A stretch of 64,000 bases of DNA from Candidatus Bathyarchaeia archaeon. GTDB taxonomy: Archaea > Thermoproteota > Bathyarchaeia > TCS64. The notes below the pieces were generated by a model that had not been told where the DNA came from, ran no database searches, and saw nothing but the letters and a program-made list of their open reading frames with translations. This document shows, piece after piece, positions 9,951 to 19,792 of the stretch. How positions within the stretch are numbered: the first letter of the stretch is position 1; every line of letters starts with the position of its first letter. The DNA lies in assembly GCA_050014495.1 (NCBI GenBank), contig JBEKDF010000010.1, forward strand, positions 1 through 64,000, in the 5' to 3' direction. The translations under genes and the position numbers were made by a program.

Positions 9951-10943
9951 ATGCTCCGCCTTGGTCTAATTGGCTGCGGGAGGGTAACCACGATGTTCCA
10001 CCTCAAGGCAATAGAGGCCTCGGGTGTCGTGGAGCTCGTAAGCATCTCGGATAAGAATGAGAAGCAGCTTGCTGAGGTAAAGAGCGCTACCGGTGTAAAC
10101 CATGCCTGCAGCGACTACAAGGAGACACTTGCCAATCCGGAAATCGAAGCTGTATCCATCAATACACCTCCAAGGTTACACGAGGAGATGACCCTTGAAT
10201 CTCTGAAGGCGGGGAAGCACGTTCTATGCGAGAAGCCACTCGCTCAGACGGTTGAGGGCTGCGAGAGGATCAAGCACGCGAAGGAAAGCCTCGTCGTTCT
10301 CCCCGCGCACAACTACGTTTATACTCCCTCCCTCTATAGGATCGAGGAGAAGATCAATCAGGGGGCCATTGGGGAGGTTAGACATGTAAAACTCAATTTT
10401 GAGAACAACCTCGGAATGTACGGCTCCAAAACAGACTTTCGCACAAAGGACCCACGAGGCATAGTGGAAGATGTTATGCCTCACATCCTAAGCGTCGCAG
10501 GCATATTAGCGGGACAACCAAATAGGGTGGTCGATGTATCCGGTTTCTGCAAGAAGTATGAGGTTTGCGACAACCTCCACGCCACGATTGAGACGGTGCG
10601 AGGAGTTACCCTAGATTGTACGGCGAGTTGGACCCGTACAGTCCCAACCTTCGCCATCGTCATCGAGGGGGAGAAGGGCACAATTAGGAGCGACTTCGCA
10701 TTAAATCCTTACAGCTATTCCCTTGAAAATCAAGGTGGCAAGACTAAGATCAGTGAGAGGGGTGTAAGCTGGTATTTTGACATGATTCAGTTCAAACATC
10801 CAAGCTTCCCCGAGCAGTATAGGCACCTAGAGCAGCTAATTCACAGAGGAGGGAAGCCCCGCATCACTGTTGATGATGAAATAGCTATGCTCAGGGTGAT
10901 GCAGGAGATGGGTGATAGACTCGTGGGGGGAAAGTTGGACTAA
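9951..10943 (+). CDS. Gfo/Idh/MocA oxidoreductase
   Basis: GLIGCG, TPPRLH, GKHVLCEKP; start at MLRLG. Confidence 0.9.
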   Translation: MLRLGLIGCGRVTTMFHLKAIEASGVVELVSISDKNEKQLAEVKSATGVNHACSDYKETLANPEIEAVSINTPPRLHEEMTLESLKAGKHVLCEKPLAQTVEGCERIKHAKESLVVLPAHNYVYTPSLYRIEEKINQGAIGEVRHVKLNFENNLGMYGSKTDFRTKDPRGIVEDVMPHILSVAGILAGQPNRVVDVSGFCKKYEVCDNLHATIETVRGVTLDCTASWTRTVPTFAIVIEGEKGTIRSDFALNPYSYSLENQGGKTKISERGVSWYFDMIQFKHPSFPEQYRHLEQLIHRGGKPRITVDDEIAMLRVMQEMGDRLVGGKLD

Positions 10944-11813
10944 TTGGCTAAAGTAGCATTGGTGAAGAGGATAGACGACACCGAGTTAGCTGTGAGGAGA
11001 GTAGTAGACCTCGCTGAAGGACTAAAGATCAAACCTGGAATGAAGGTCGTCATTAAGCCGAATATATGTAATTCGAAGAACCCTCGGGGCATGGTCTTGA
11101 CCGACTTCACTATAATTGAGGCCGTCGTGAAGATGGTCCGCGAAAATGGGTGCGAACCCTTAGTGGTAGAGTCCGATAACATAGCTGACACAGCTGACAA
11201 TCGGGTAAGGGACTCAGGACTCATGGCGAAGCTGGAGGAGTGGAGAGTTCCGTTCCTTAACTTGAGTAAAGACGAATGCATCTCCAATGAAGTCGACGGC
11301 ACGGAGATAATGATCCCGAGGACAATGACCAGTGCCGACTACGTCCTTAACCTTGCCAAGATGAAAACGTGTGCCCACACAATAGTAACGCTGGGTATAA
11401 AGAATCTCTACGGCTGCTTCCAAGAGGCGAAGAAGAGCCGCCTCCATAAGAAGCTCGACTCGGTCCTACCCTTCCTCGCGAAGAAAATAAGGACCGATAT
11501 GACGATAGTCGATGGCCTCACATGCATGGAAGGAAACGGCCCGGTAGTTGGTAACCCTCGAAGGATGGATATAGTGGTTGCTGGTCCTGATGTCGTAGCC
11601 GTTGACAGCTTTTGCATAAAGTTGATGGGCTTTAAGCCAGAGGAGATCAGGCATGTAACAAACACTGCGTCTCTTGGCGTCGGGCAGATAATCGGCTATG
11701 AGGTTGTTGGCGACCCGTGGGAGGGGTTTGTCTGTCACTTTGAACGCCCGTACTCGCTTAAGGCCAACATAAAGTCCCTTGGAGCTGTTAGGGATATCTA
11801 CCTAAAGCACTGA
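10944..11813 (+). CDS. DUF362 family Fe-S protein
   Basis: VVIKPN, AKMKT, TLGIKNLYG, DGLTCMEGNGP, DVVAVD. Confidence 0.88.
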   Translation: MAKVALVKRIDDTELAVRRVVDLAEGLKIKPGMKVVIKPNICNSKNPRGMVLTDFTIIEAVVKMVRENGCEPLVVESDNIADTADNRVRDSGLMAKLEEWRVPFLNLSKDECISNEVDGTEIMIPRTMTSADYVLNLAKMKTCAHTIVTLGIKNLYGCFQEAKKSRLHKKLDSVLPFLAKKIRTDMTIVDGLTCMEGNGPVVGNPRRMDIVVAGPDVVAVDSFCIKLMGFKPEEIRHVTNTASLGVGQIIGYEVVGDPWEGFVCHFERPYSLKANIKSLGAVRDIYLKH

Positions 11814-11908
11814 TCTAATCGTCTCCCGTCGATGAATCAATCGATCCATGTCGATTTGCTTATATAGAAACCTGTTAACTTACTCCTAGTTTCCGGATAG
11901 GGGTAGAT

Positions 11909-12943
11909 ATGAAAACTCTAATCAGGGTCGGCATATCGGGCTATGGTGCCTATGTGCCGATGTATAGGCTCAAGGCCGCCGAGGTAAACCGCATGTGGAG
12001 TACTTCGGGGGAGCCCGTCGAGGAGAAGGCCGTCGTCGCCCTCGATGAGGATACTGTCACTATTGCGGTCGAGTGTGCGCGCCAGGCGGTTAGACGCTCC
12101 GGGGTCGACCCTGCCAAGATAGGCGCTGTGTACGTAGGCACAGAATCGAAGCCCTACGCCGTCAAGCCCTCGGGCACAATAGTCGCGGAGGCAATAGGTG
12201 CCACCCCCAGCGTATCCACAGCTGATTATGAGTTTGCCTGCAAAGCCGGCACCGAGGCGATGCAGGCCTGCATCGGCTTCGTTGGTAGCGGGATGCAGAA
12301 ATACGCAATGGGAATAGGCGCAGATACCGCGCAGGGTAAACCAGCTGACGCACTAGAGTATACCGCAGCCTGCGGCGGCGCTGCTTACCTATTCGGTCCG
12401 GCGGACGAGGGTGTCGCCGAGCTCGAGGCATCATACAGCTTCGTTACGGATACCCCCGACTTCTGGCGCAGACCAAAAGAGATGTACCCACGTCACGGCA
12501 ACAGGTTCACAGGGGAACCAGCCTATTTCAAGCACATCACAAGCGCGGGAAAGGCGTTGCTCGCCGAGACAGGTTACAAACCAACAGACTTTAAGTGGGC
12601 AGTCTTCCACCAGCCAAATGCAAAGTTCCCCATTAACGTCGCTAAGATGCTTGGATTTGGCATGGATCAGATCAACCCCGGCCTCGTCTCACCCGTAGTA
12701 GGTAACACCTACGCGGGCAGCAGCCCGCTTGGCCTCGCCGCGACTCTAGATATTGCCGAGCCCGGCGACAGAATATTTATGGTCAGCTACGGTAGCGGCT
12801 CAGGAAGCGATGCTTTCGTATGGAAGGTCAGGGAGTCCATAAAGCATCGTCGCGGTGGACCGAAGGTCAAGAGCTACATAGATAGGAAGAGGTACGTCGA
12901 CTACGCGACCTACCTCCGTCACAGGGGGCAGATAATAGTATGA
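11909..12943 (+). CDS. Hydroxymethylglutaryl-CoA synthase (archaeal)
   Basis: [18 protein letters not shown] (catalytic Cys), [29 protein letters not shown]. Confidence 0.95.
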   Translation: MKTLIRVGISGYGAYVPMYRLKAAEVNRMWSTSGEPVEEKAVVALDEDTVTIAVECARQAVRRSGVDPAKIGAVYVGTESKPYAVKPSGTIVAEAIGATPSVSTADYEFACKAGTEAMQACIGFVGSGMQKYAMGIGADTAQGKPADALEYTAACGGAAYLFGPADEGVAELEASYSFVTDTPDFWRRPKEMYPRHGNRFTGEPAYFKHITSAGKALLAETGYKPTDFKWAVFHQPNAKFPINVAKMLGFGMDQINPGLVSPVVGNTYAGSSPLGLAATLDIAEPGDRIFMVSYGSGSGSDAFVWKVRESIKHRRGGPKVKSYIDRKRYVDYATYLRHRGQIIV

Positions 12944-14082
12944 GAAAGGTAGCAATCGCCGGAATAGGCTTCACAAAGATCGGTGAGCCCTGGGAGAGGA
13001 ACATAAAGGAGCTCTTCGCGGAGGCCGCACTTAACGCAATGAAGGACTCGACATGCAATGAGATTGATCAGCTTTACGTCGCTAATATGATGGGTGCTCA
13101 CCTACAAGGACAGATAGGTATGGGTGCCATGATGGCGGAGGCTATAGGTAGACCTGGCATACCTGCGGTGAGGATCGAAGCCGGACAGGCAAGCGGAGGG
13201 GTCGCTTTCAATGAGGGTGTAAAAGCTGTTGCCTCAGGGTTCAGCGACTGGGTTCTCGTAGGTGGCGTCGAGAAGATGAGCGACCTCCTCCCAGAAGCCG
13301 TAACGACAGCTCTCACATACGCCGAGGATCAGGAATATACGGCGTATACCGGCGTCACAAAAATTGGGCTTTCAGCAATTCTCCATAGGCTCTACAGCCA
13401 CGAGTACGGTGTCACACCCGATGAAATAGGATGGTTCGCAGTGAGAAGCCATGACAATGCCGTCGGCGTTTCGCACGCTCAATACCCTTTCAAACTCAGC
13501 ATCGAACGCGTGATGACAAGCCCAATGGAAGCCGACCCCATCCGGATGATGGAGTGCGCGGCGGTGGCAGATGGTGCAGCAGCCGTGATCCTTGGACCTG
13601 CAGACAGTGTTGCCAATGGAATCGAGGTTGCAGCCTCTTCGGTCGCTACCGACCACTTATCCCTAGCATCCCGCAAACACCCACTCACTCTAGAAGCTGT
13701 CAAGAAGGCAGCAGCCAAAGCGTATGAGATCGCCAAGGTTAATCCTAAAGACATCGACGTGCTCGAGGTAAATGACGACACAACAATTGACGGTGTTCTT
13801 AGCCTCGAGGACCTAGGATTCGCTGAGAAAGGAAAGGGGGCAAAATTCGTGACGCAGGGATATACTACACGTACGGGTGAGATCCCAACGAACAACTTTG
13901 GCGGTCTCAAAGCCCGTGGTAACCCCATAGGAGCGACTGGCCTTTACCAGATCGCAGAGACTGTGATTCAGCTCCGCGGGAAGGCTGGGGCGAATCAGGT
14001 CCCCAATGCGAAGATTGGAATGGCCCAAAGCATGGCGGGGGTAGGTTCAACATGCTCCGTGGCTATCCTCAGAAGGGTCTGA
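12940..14082 (+). CDS. Thiolase-family protein (archaeal acetoacetyl-CoA thiolase fold; catalytic residues substituted)
   Basis: [33 protein letters not shown] overlap with [18 protein letters not shown] and RGNP replace the canonical Cys/His/His motifs. Confidence 0.9.
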   Translation: MRKVAIAGIGFTKIGEPWERNIKELFAEAALNAMKDSTCNEIDQLYVANMMGAHLQGQIGMGAMMAEAIGRPGIPAVRIEAGQASGGVAFNEGVKAVASGFSDWVLVGGVEKMSDLLPEAVTTALTYAEDQEYTAYTGVTKIGLSAILHRLYSHEYGVTPDEIGWFAVRSHDNAVGVSHAQYPFKLSIERVMTSPMEADPIRMMECAAVADGAAAVILGPADSVANGIEVAASSVATDHLSLASRKHPLTLEAVKKAAAKAYEIAKVNPKDIDVLEVNDDTTIDGVLSLEDLGFAEKGKGAKFVTQGYTTRTGEIPTNNFGGLKARGNPIGATGLYQIAETVIQLRGKAGANQVPNAKIGMAQSMAGVGSTCSVAILRRV

Positions 14083-14083
14083 T

Positions 14084-14476
14084 ATGAGTGTGCCTAGATA
14101 TTGGCGCGAGGAGAAGCCCCGTTATAGGCTGATGGGCGAAGAATGCGTAAAATGCGGAGCCAAATATTACCCAAGGACACCCATTTGCAGCTGCGGTGGG
14201 GCTGAGTTTAAACCATACAAACTCGCGGAAACGGGAAAAGTCAAAAGCTGGACCGTGATAAGAAACGCCCCCATTGGCTACGAAAGGTTCACCCCTTACA
14301 TAGTAGCGCTCATAGAATTGGATGATGGCGTCCAGATCCTTAGCCAAGTTGTTGATGTCGAGCCTGAGGCTGTCAAGAGTGGGATGAGGGTCGAGTTCAC
14401 CTTCCGAAAGGTTACAGAGGACGGGCAGGCAGGACTTATTCAGTATGGCTATAAATTCCGTCCCATGGTCGAGTAA
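14084..14476 (+). CDS. DUF35 Zn-ribbon/OB-fold scaffold protein
   Basis: CxxC...CxC, PYIVALIELDDG, YGYKFRP; canonical third gene of the HMGCS-thiolase operon. Confidence 0.93.
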   Translation: MSVPRYWREEKPRYRLMGEECVKCGAKYYPRTPICSCGGAEFKPYKLAETGKVKSWTVIRNAPIGYERFTPYIVALIELDDGVQILSQVVDVEPEAVKSGMRVEFTFRKVTEDGQAGLIQYGYKFRPMVE

Positions 14477-14585
14477 TCTTTCCTGGTGCGCAACGACCTC
14501 GAAAAGCTCTCGAAGAGGATAGGGATGGACCTGATCAAACATTAGCAGTGGTAATGCTTATTCGCGTCGCGGTTTACGGCCTCGT

Positions 14586-15290
14586 ATGCCAAAGAAGTTA
14601 TCTGTTGGCGTTATCGGTGATTTTCAACCAACTTATGAGACACACATCGCCACGAACCAGGCTTTTCACAACTCCGCGGATCGACTCGGGGTAGAAGTGA
14701 AAGTTGAGTGGCTTCCTACCCTTACACTCTATGGAAACACCGAGGAGCAGATGGAACATTTCGACGCATTCCTTTGCGCCCCTGGCAGTCCCTACAAGAG
14801 TGCAGAAGGGGCTCTGAATGGGATCAGGCTCGCCAGGGAGAATGATCACCCCTTCCTCGGCACATGTGGTGGGTGCCAGCATGCGATCATTGAGTTTGCG
14901 AGAAATGTTATGGGAATAGAGGATGCGGAGCACGCAGAGGAACATCCTGGTGCGACTAACCTCTTTGTCACCCCACTCACTTGCTCGTTGGTGGGCAAGA
15001 TTGAGGAGGTGAAGATCATGGCAGGATCACAAGCATTCAAGGTCTACTCTGCCCTGAGTACGAATGAAAAGTTTTACTGCAACTATGGTTTGAACCCTTC
15101 CCGGAGGGCTGAGGTTGAGGAAGCGGGGTTAAAAGTCTCTGGCCTAGACGCTAGTGGGGAGGTTAGGATACTCGAGCTTCCGAAGGCACGTTTCTTCTTT
15201 GCTACACTCTTCGTCCCGCAGGCTACTTCCACACCAGAGTACCCACATCCCATGATAACGGGTCTACTGCGCTCCGCCCTCACGACATAG
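14586..15290 (+). CDS. Stand-alone CTP-synthase-type glutamine amidotransferase domain protein
   Basis: PGSPYKS, PFLGTCGGCQH, CNYGLNP, FFFATLFVPQ; no synthase domain. Confidence 0.85.
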   Translation: MPKKLSVGVIGDFQPTYETHIATNQAFHNSADRLGVEVKVEWLPTLTLYGNTEEQMEHFDAFLCAPGSPYKSAEGALNGIRLARENDHPFLGTCGGCQHAIIEFARNVMGIEDAEHAEEHPGATNLFVTPLTCSLVGKIEEVKIMAGSQAFKVYSALSTNEKFYCNYGLNPSRRAEVEEAGLKVSGLDASGEVRILELPKARFFFATLFVPQATSTPEYPHPMITGLLRSALTT

Positions 15291-15339
15291 CCCCGCCCTT
15301 TATATTTTGCACCCACAGATTCGTTTAGGGCTGAAAGGC

Positions 15340-16884
15340 ATGTCCACGGGCAGCATCTACGAATCTATCACAGAGGTCGCAAAGCGTCGCGGCTTCTTCT
15401 GGCCGAGCTTCGAGATATACGGTAACATTGCAGGTTTCACCACATACGGGGATGTCGGAGTGAAACTCAAGCGCAATATCGAATCCCTTTGGAGGGAGTA
15501 TTTCGTTAGGAGGCAGGGCTTCTTCGAGATAGAGGATCCCATAGTGAATAGTAGTAAGGTCTTTGAGGCTAGTGGCCACCTCGCCAACTTCAAGGAGTAC
15601 GCGACGACGTGCAGCCAGTGTGGAAGGGGTTTCCGAGCAGACCACCTCATCGAGGAGAAGACGGGGATGGAGCATGTTGAGGCTCTGGGCGGAGAGGCGA
15701 TGAGGAGATTGCTCGTCGAGAATAATATCAAGTGCCCCGTTTGTGGCAGCACCCTTAAGGAACCCACTCTCGTCCTCACGATGTTCCAGACCCAGATCGG
15801 AGCTACTGGTGCAGAAGTTGGGTATATGCGCCCCGAGGCGGCCCAGGGGATGTTCACCAATTTTAAACGCTGTTTTCAGGCGAATAGGGAGCGCATTCCC
15901 TTCGCCATAAGTCAACAGGGGAAAGTGATGAGGAATGAAGTCAGTCCACGTCGTGGCATGCACAGACTCCGTGAGTTTACCATAATGGAGTTGGAATTAT
16001 TCTTTGACCCCCTCAACTCATCTTGCCAGTGGCTGAATGATGTGGAGAGTGAGAGGGTACACCTAATTACTGAGGAGATGGAGGAAAAGGGCATCAAAGA
16101 GCCCTTGGAGATAACAATCAAGGAGGCTGTGGACAAGGGACTCGTTCTCACGGAATGGCAGGGCTACTTCATGGGCATAGGCAAGAAGTTTATGGAGAGT
16201 CTCGGCGTCTCACCGGAGAGACAGCAATTCCGCGCACACCTACCCCAAGAAAGAAGTCACTACAGCAGCCAAACCTTCGACCATGAGGTTTACACGAAGA
16301 GCTGGGGATGGATAGAAATTGCGGGCCACGCTAACAGGACTGACTATGACCTTAATGCTCATCAGAAGGGAAGCGGCATCGAAATGAGTGTCCTTCGCAA
16401 GGATGGAACCCGCTTTATACCACATGTCATTGAGCCTAGCTACGGCCTCGATAGGTTAACATTCGTCGCCATTGAAACCGCTTGGGAGCAGAGAGATGCA
16501 GGGAAGGAGAAGCGGAATATCTTACATTTCCCAAGGAACATCGCCCCCTACCAAGTCTCTGTCCAGCCTCTCGTTACGAAGGATGGGCTTCAAGAGAAGG
16601 CTATTGAAGTCTACGACATGGTCATAGCTGAAGGCTTTAGGGCAATTTTTGACGACGGTGGTAGCATAGGGCGCCGATACGCTAGACAAGACGAGGTTGG
16701 GACACCACTCGCAGTCACAATAGACTATACAACGATGGAGAAGAATATACTCACACTCCGAGATAGGGACAGCTGGGAACAGGTCACAGTCCATGTCGAT
16801 GAGCTCCCCACGAAGCTTCACTCATACTTCAAAACCGCGGAGTTCAGGAGCCTTGGCCCACTGGTTGTCCGTGGTGCAGAATGA
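15340..16884 (+). CDS. glyS: Glycine--tRNA ligase (archaeal/eukaryal type)
   Basis: KRRGFFWPSFEIYG, ASGH, RPEAAQG, RNEVSPR, RLREFTIMELE, HVIEPSYGLDR, SIGRRYARQDEVGTP. Confidence 0.96.
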   Translation: MSTGSIYESITEVAKRRGFFWPSFEIYGNIAGFTTYGDVGVKLKRNIESLWREYFVRRQGFFEIEDPIVNSSKVFEASGHLANFKEYATTCSQCGRGFRADHLIEEKTGMEHVEALGGEAMRRLLVENNIKCPVCGSTLKEPTLVLTMFQTQIGATGAEVGYMRPEAAQGMFTNFKRCFQANRERIPFAISQQGKVMRNEVSPRRGMHRLREFTIMELELFFDPLNSSCQWLNDVESERVHLITEEMEEKGIKEPLEITIKEAVDKGLVLTEWQGYFMGIGKKFMESLGVSPERQQFRAHLPQERSHYSSQTFDHEVYTKSWGWIEIAGHANRTDYDLNAHQKGSGIEMSVLRKDGTRFIPHVIEPSYGLDRLTFVAIETAWEQRDAGKEKRNILHFPRNIAPYQVSVQPLVTKDGLQEKAIEVYDMVIAEGFRAIFDDGGSIGRRYARQDEVGTPLAVTIDYTTMEKNILTLRDRDSWEQVTVHVDELPTKLHSYFKTAEFRSLGPLVVRGAE

Positions 16885-17041
16885 CATACCCAGCAACGCC
16901 TTCCATCTCTGCGATGTAGACACCGTCGATTACTTGTGATATACCCTTGTCGTCCTTCAGCGCGACTCCCTCTTGAGTCCCCTTGATAAGTCTAACTTTC
17001 TCCATAACAAGCTCTTTTTCGACGTAGACGCGGAACAGCAT
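16844..17041 (-). CDS. Short hypothetical protein or gene remnant
   Basis: 53-65 aa ORF filling the gap between glyS and the cinA-like gene; no motif. Confidence 0.25.
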   Translation of the reverse strand: MLFRVYVEKELVMEKVRLIKGTQEGVALKDDKGISQVIDGVYIAEMEGVAGYVILHHGQPVGQGS

Positions 17042-17088
17042 CTCGAGTCAGCTGAGAAATAGTGTTTTCTAGGTAAAATGTTTCGGGG

Positions 17089-17904
17089 CTAAATGCGGCG
17101 GATAGTGCCACCACCAGCGGCTTCGACGCGCCGCTTATACTCGGCCATGAAGGCTTCCATCTTCTCCTCAGCATCCAGCTTCGTGGCGCCTTGGACGACA
17201 ATGTCCACTTTAATCTCTTTGACCTTGGCTCGTTCCTCCTCCGCCTCGGGAGGCGTCGCAGCGTTCTTAATATAAATCTCAGGATAGTCGATCTGCAGCT
17301 CCGTGTAGACGGGGAAGAAGTCCTTCCACACCATTGAGACCCCGTAGGTGTGGCCGAGGAGCTTGTGCTTAGCCTCAGCCTCGATGACCGGGGCTATGTG
17401 TTCATTAAACATACCCTCCATCTCCTGAGGCACCCCTTGGAGGGTGAAGATTAGCTTACCATTAATTAGAATCTTCATACCAACACTCATGCCAACGTGG
17501 TTTTGGATGCCCTCGCTACCCTCTAGAATGCGTGCCATTCGAGCGCCACGCTTCAGGTCACTTCCTCGCTTCTCGTAGATCCCCTTAATCTTCTGGAATC
17601 CGATTGGATCGGTGATTACTGCTCTTTGCAGAGCGCGGCCTAAGGCGTCGACGGTGAAATCGTCCTCGGATGGGCCGAGACCGCCCGTGAAAATAATTAT
17701 CTCAGAATCCCTATCGAGAGCGCTAAGAAGGGCGTCCTTCATGTCATTGAAGTCGTCACCTACCATTGTCACCCGGCGTAGCTCCGCGCCCATCTCAGTG
17801 AGGCGCTTCGCAAGCCAGTTGCTGTTAGTGTCCAATATACGACCGTAGATGAGTTCGTCCCCAGTAGCGACCACTTCGACACGGGGGCTCCCTTTGTGCT
17901 TCAC
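17089..17904 (-). CDS. CinA N-terminal/molybdopterin-binding domain protein
   Basis: TGDELIYGRILDTNSNWLA, VGDD, TGGLGPSEDDFT, GVPQEM. Confidence 0.88.
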   Translation of the reverse strand: MKHKGSPRVEVVATGDELIYGRILDTNSNWLAKRLTEMGAELRRVTMVGDDFNDMKDALLSALDRDSEIIIFTGGLGPSEDDFTVDALGRALQRAVITDPIGFQKIKGIYEKRGSDLKRGARMARILEGSEGIQNHVGMSVGMKILINGKLIFTLQGVPQEMEGMFNEHIAPVIEAEAKHKLLGHTYGVSMVWKDFFPVYTELQIDYPEIYIKNAATPPEAEEERAKVKEIKVDIVVQGATKLDAEEKMEAFMAEYKRRVEAAGGGTIRRI

Positions 17905-17978
17905 GCCTAGTCTCAGTGAGGGGGGTCTCTTATATTGCCTTGCGTGCCATCAGGGGACATGATAAGAACTATATTCTC

Positions 17979-18896
17979 ATGCGTGAAGGGGAGTACGTGG
18001 TTCTTAAACTCGAACGCTACGTTTCCATGCCACAACACGCTCAAGGTGGATTCGACCACGGAGACGTATATTTAGGGAACGGGTTCGTCTACGTCGCTCA
18101 CACTGCTGCTGGGACCGTGGAGGTTGTAGATGGCATCAAAGGTATACTCCAAAAAACGATATCAGGGTGCCCGGAGGCTAGCGGTGTGGTCTGCGCCCAA
18201 GTTGAAGGCTTAGTTTTTGCAGCCTCTAGAGGGACTGGAAAAGTTCTAGTCATACATGCGGTAAAGGGAACACTTTCTAAAACAATTCAGGTTGGGTCAA
18301 AGCCGAACGGAATGGCATGGGACGATGACCACGGCGTGCTCATGGTAGCGGATGTGGCGGACATCCACGCCCGGTTAGTCGACCCAGAGAGGGGGGAAGT
18401 CTTGAAGGCATCGAGACTCCCGGGGAGGCCCCGCTGGTGCAAGTACTCAGCTTACCTAGATAGATTCGTGATCAACCTCCGTGACCCCGCAGGGTATGTG
18501 ACACTCTCGCCGAGGAACGGCGAAGTCTCTTCGGTAATCCCGATTAAAGCCTCGGGTCCCCATGGCTTAGACCTAAGCACAGATGGCAGAGAGGCATACA
18601 TAGCCTGCGACGGGGGCGCAGTTATAGCAATGGATTTAGAGAAGGGAATAGAGACCTGCAGGGCCAAAATACCTGGCGAACCAGATGTGACCTGGCTTAA
18701 TCCAAGGAGGAAGTTCCTTTACTGTGCCCTACCCAAGCCTGGTCTCCTAGTTACTATCGACCTCGTTGAGATGAAGGTGATGCAGCAGTTGAAGACGGAG
18801 GAGGGGGCAGGTACTTTCGCATTCGACCAATCCCGCCAGAGGCTCTACTCGTTCCTCCCCAAGAGTTGCAGAGTAGCAACCTATATCGAGTCGTGA
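17979..18896 (+). CDS. YncE-like beta-propeller protein
   Basis: GGFDHGDV, repeated beta-propeller-like blades (KPNGMAWD, GPHGLDL). Confidence 0.75.
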   Translation: MREGEYVVLKLERYVSMPQHAQGGFDHGDVYLGNGFVYVAHTAAGTVEVVDGIKGILQKTISGCPEASGVVCAQVEGLVFAASRGTGKVLVIHAVKGTLSKTIQVGSKPNGMAWDDDHGVLMVADVADIHARLVDPERGEVLKASRLPGRPRWCKYSAYLDRFVINLRDPAGYVTLSPRNGEVSSVIPIKASGPHGLDLSTDGREAYIACDGGAVIAMDLEKGIETCRAKIPGEPDVTWLNPRRKFLYCALPKPGLLVTIDLVEMKVMQQLKTEEGAGTFAFDQSRQRLYSFLPKSCRVATYIES

Positions 18897-18898
18897 GG

Positions 18899-19183
18899 CT
18901 AGTCGGGGAGGTTAGACTCGTGTCTCCATCGTAGATTGAACATGTCTGCGAGGCCTCTGATTACGCTGGGGTGGGAGGTTATCGCGGCCTCCCTAAGGTG
19001 GTAGGGGACGCCGACCTCTTCGACTAGGAACATAGCTCTACCACCTTCCTTGACATCCACTATGCAGCCTCTGATGATCAAGTCGTCGGTGATACGTGCC
19101 TCGACTTCTCCGCCGAGGGCCACCAGGGATTTAAGTGTAATATCCCTCTTCTCCGCGTCCTCTGGATTAAGGCGCGTGCGCAT
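18899..19183 (-). pseudogene. Fragment resembling the C-terminal effector domain of a TrmB-type regulator
   Basis: RGCIVD...AAITSHPSVIRGLADMFNLRW pattern; no N-terminal HTH upstream. Confidence 0.4.
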
Positions 19184-19303
19184 TGAAAGATTGCATTAAG
19201 TAAGAGAAGAGGGATCCTTAAAGGTAAGGTGTGCAAGAACCGTCAATCGGGCTAATTTGTAGACTATTTTTATATGTGCCGTAAGTGAGTAAACCAGATC
19301 AAT

Positions 19304-19780
19304 ATGAGCATTGATGGATGGACGGTGGAGAAGGCCCTCAAGGTCGGCGTTACTATGGAAACTGGCGCCTACAATCTCTACACTGAGACTGCGAAGAAGG
19401 TGAAGAATCCCGGCTCTAGGCAGCTATTGAAGGAGCTTGCGGCTGATGAGGCTAAGCATAGGGAGTATTTTGAGACTGCTCTTAAGGACCCGAAGAAGGT
19501 GATGAATGAAAGTAAGGGCGGTGATCTGAAGAAGGTCATAGATTTGGGAATCTCTGATCCGCTCAAGGATGCCCCATTGAATCCGGATGCTTCCTATCAG
19601 GATACTCTTATCTTTGCTGCGAAGAGTGAGCAGACCGCTGTGGATTTCTACACTTCGCTCTCTAAGGCCTACTCGGTGCACCCGCTTGGTAAGATGTGGG
19701 CGGAGTTCGCCCGGATGGAGCAGGGGCATAAGCTCAAGATCGAGAAGGAGTACGACGATGTCGTACTTGCTGATAATTAG
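19304..19780 (+). CDS. Rubrerythrin/ferritin-like diiron protein
   Basis: E..AYNLY, DEAKH, EQTAVDFY, MEQGH diiron motifs. Confidence 0.9.
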   Translation: MSIDGWTVEKALKVGVTMETGAYNLYTETAKKVKNPGSRQLLKELAADEAKHREYFETALKDPKKVMNESKGGDLKKVIDLGISDPLKDAPLNPDASYQDTLIFAAKSEQTAVDFYTSLSKAYSVHPLGKMWAEFARMEQGHKLKIEKEYDDVVLADN

Positions 19781-19792
19781 TTTAACAAAGGG

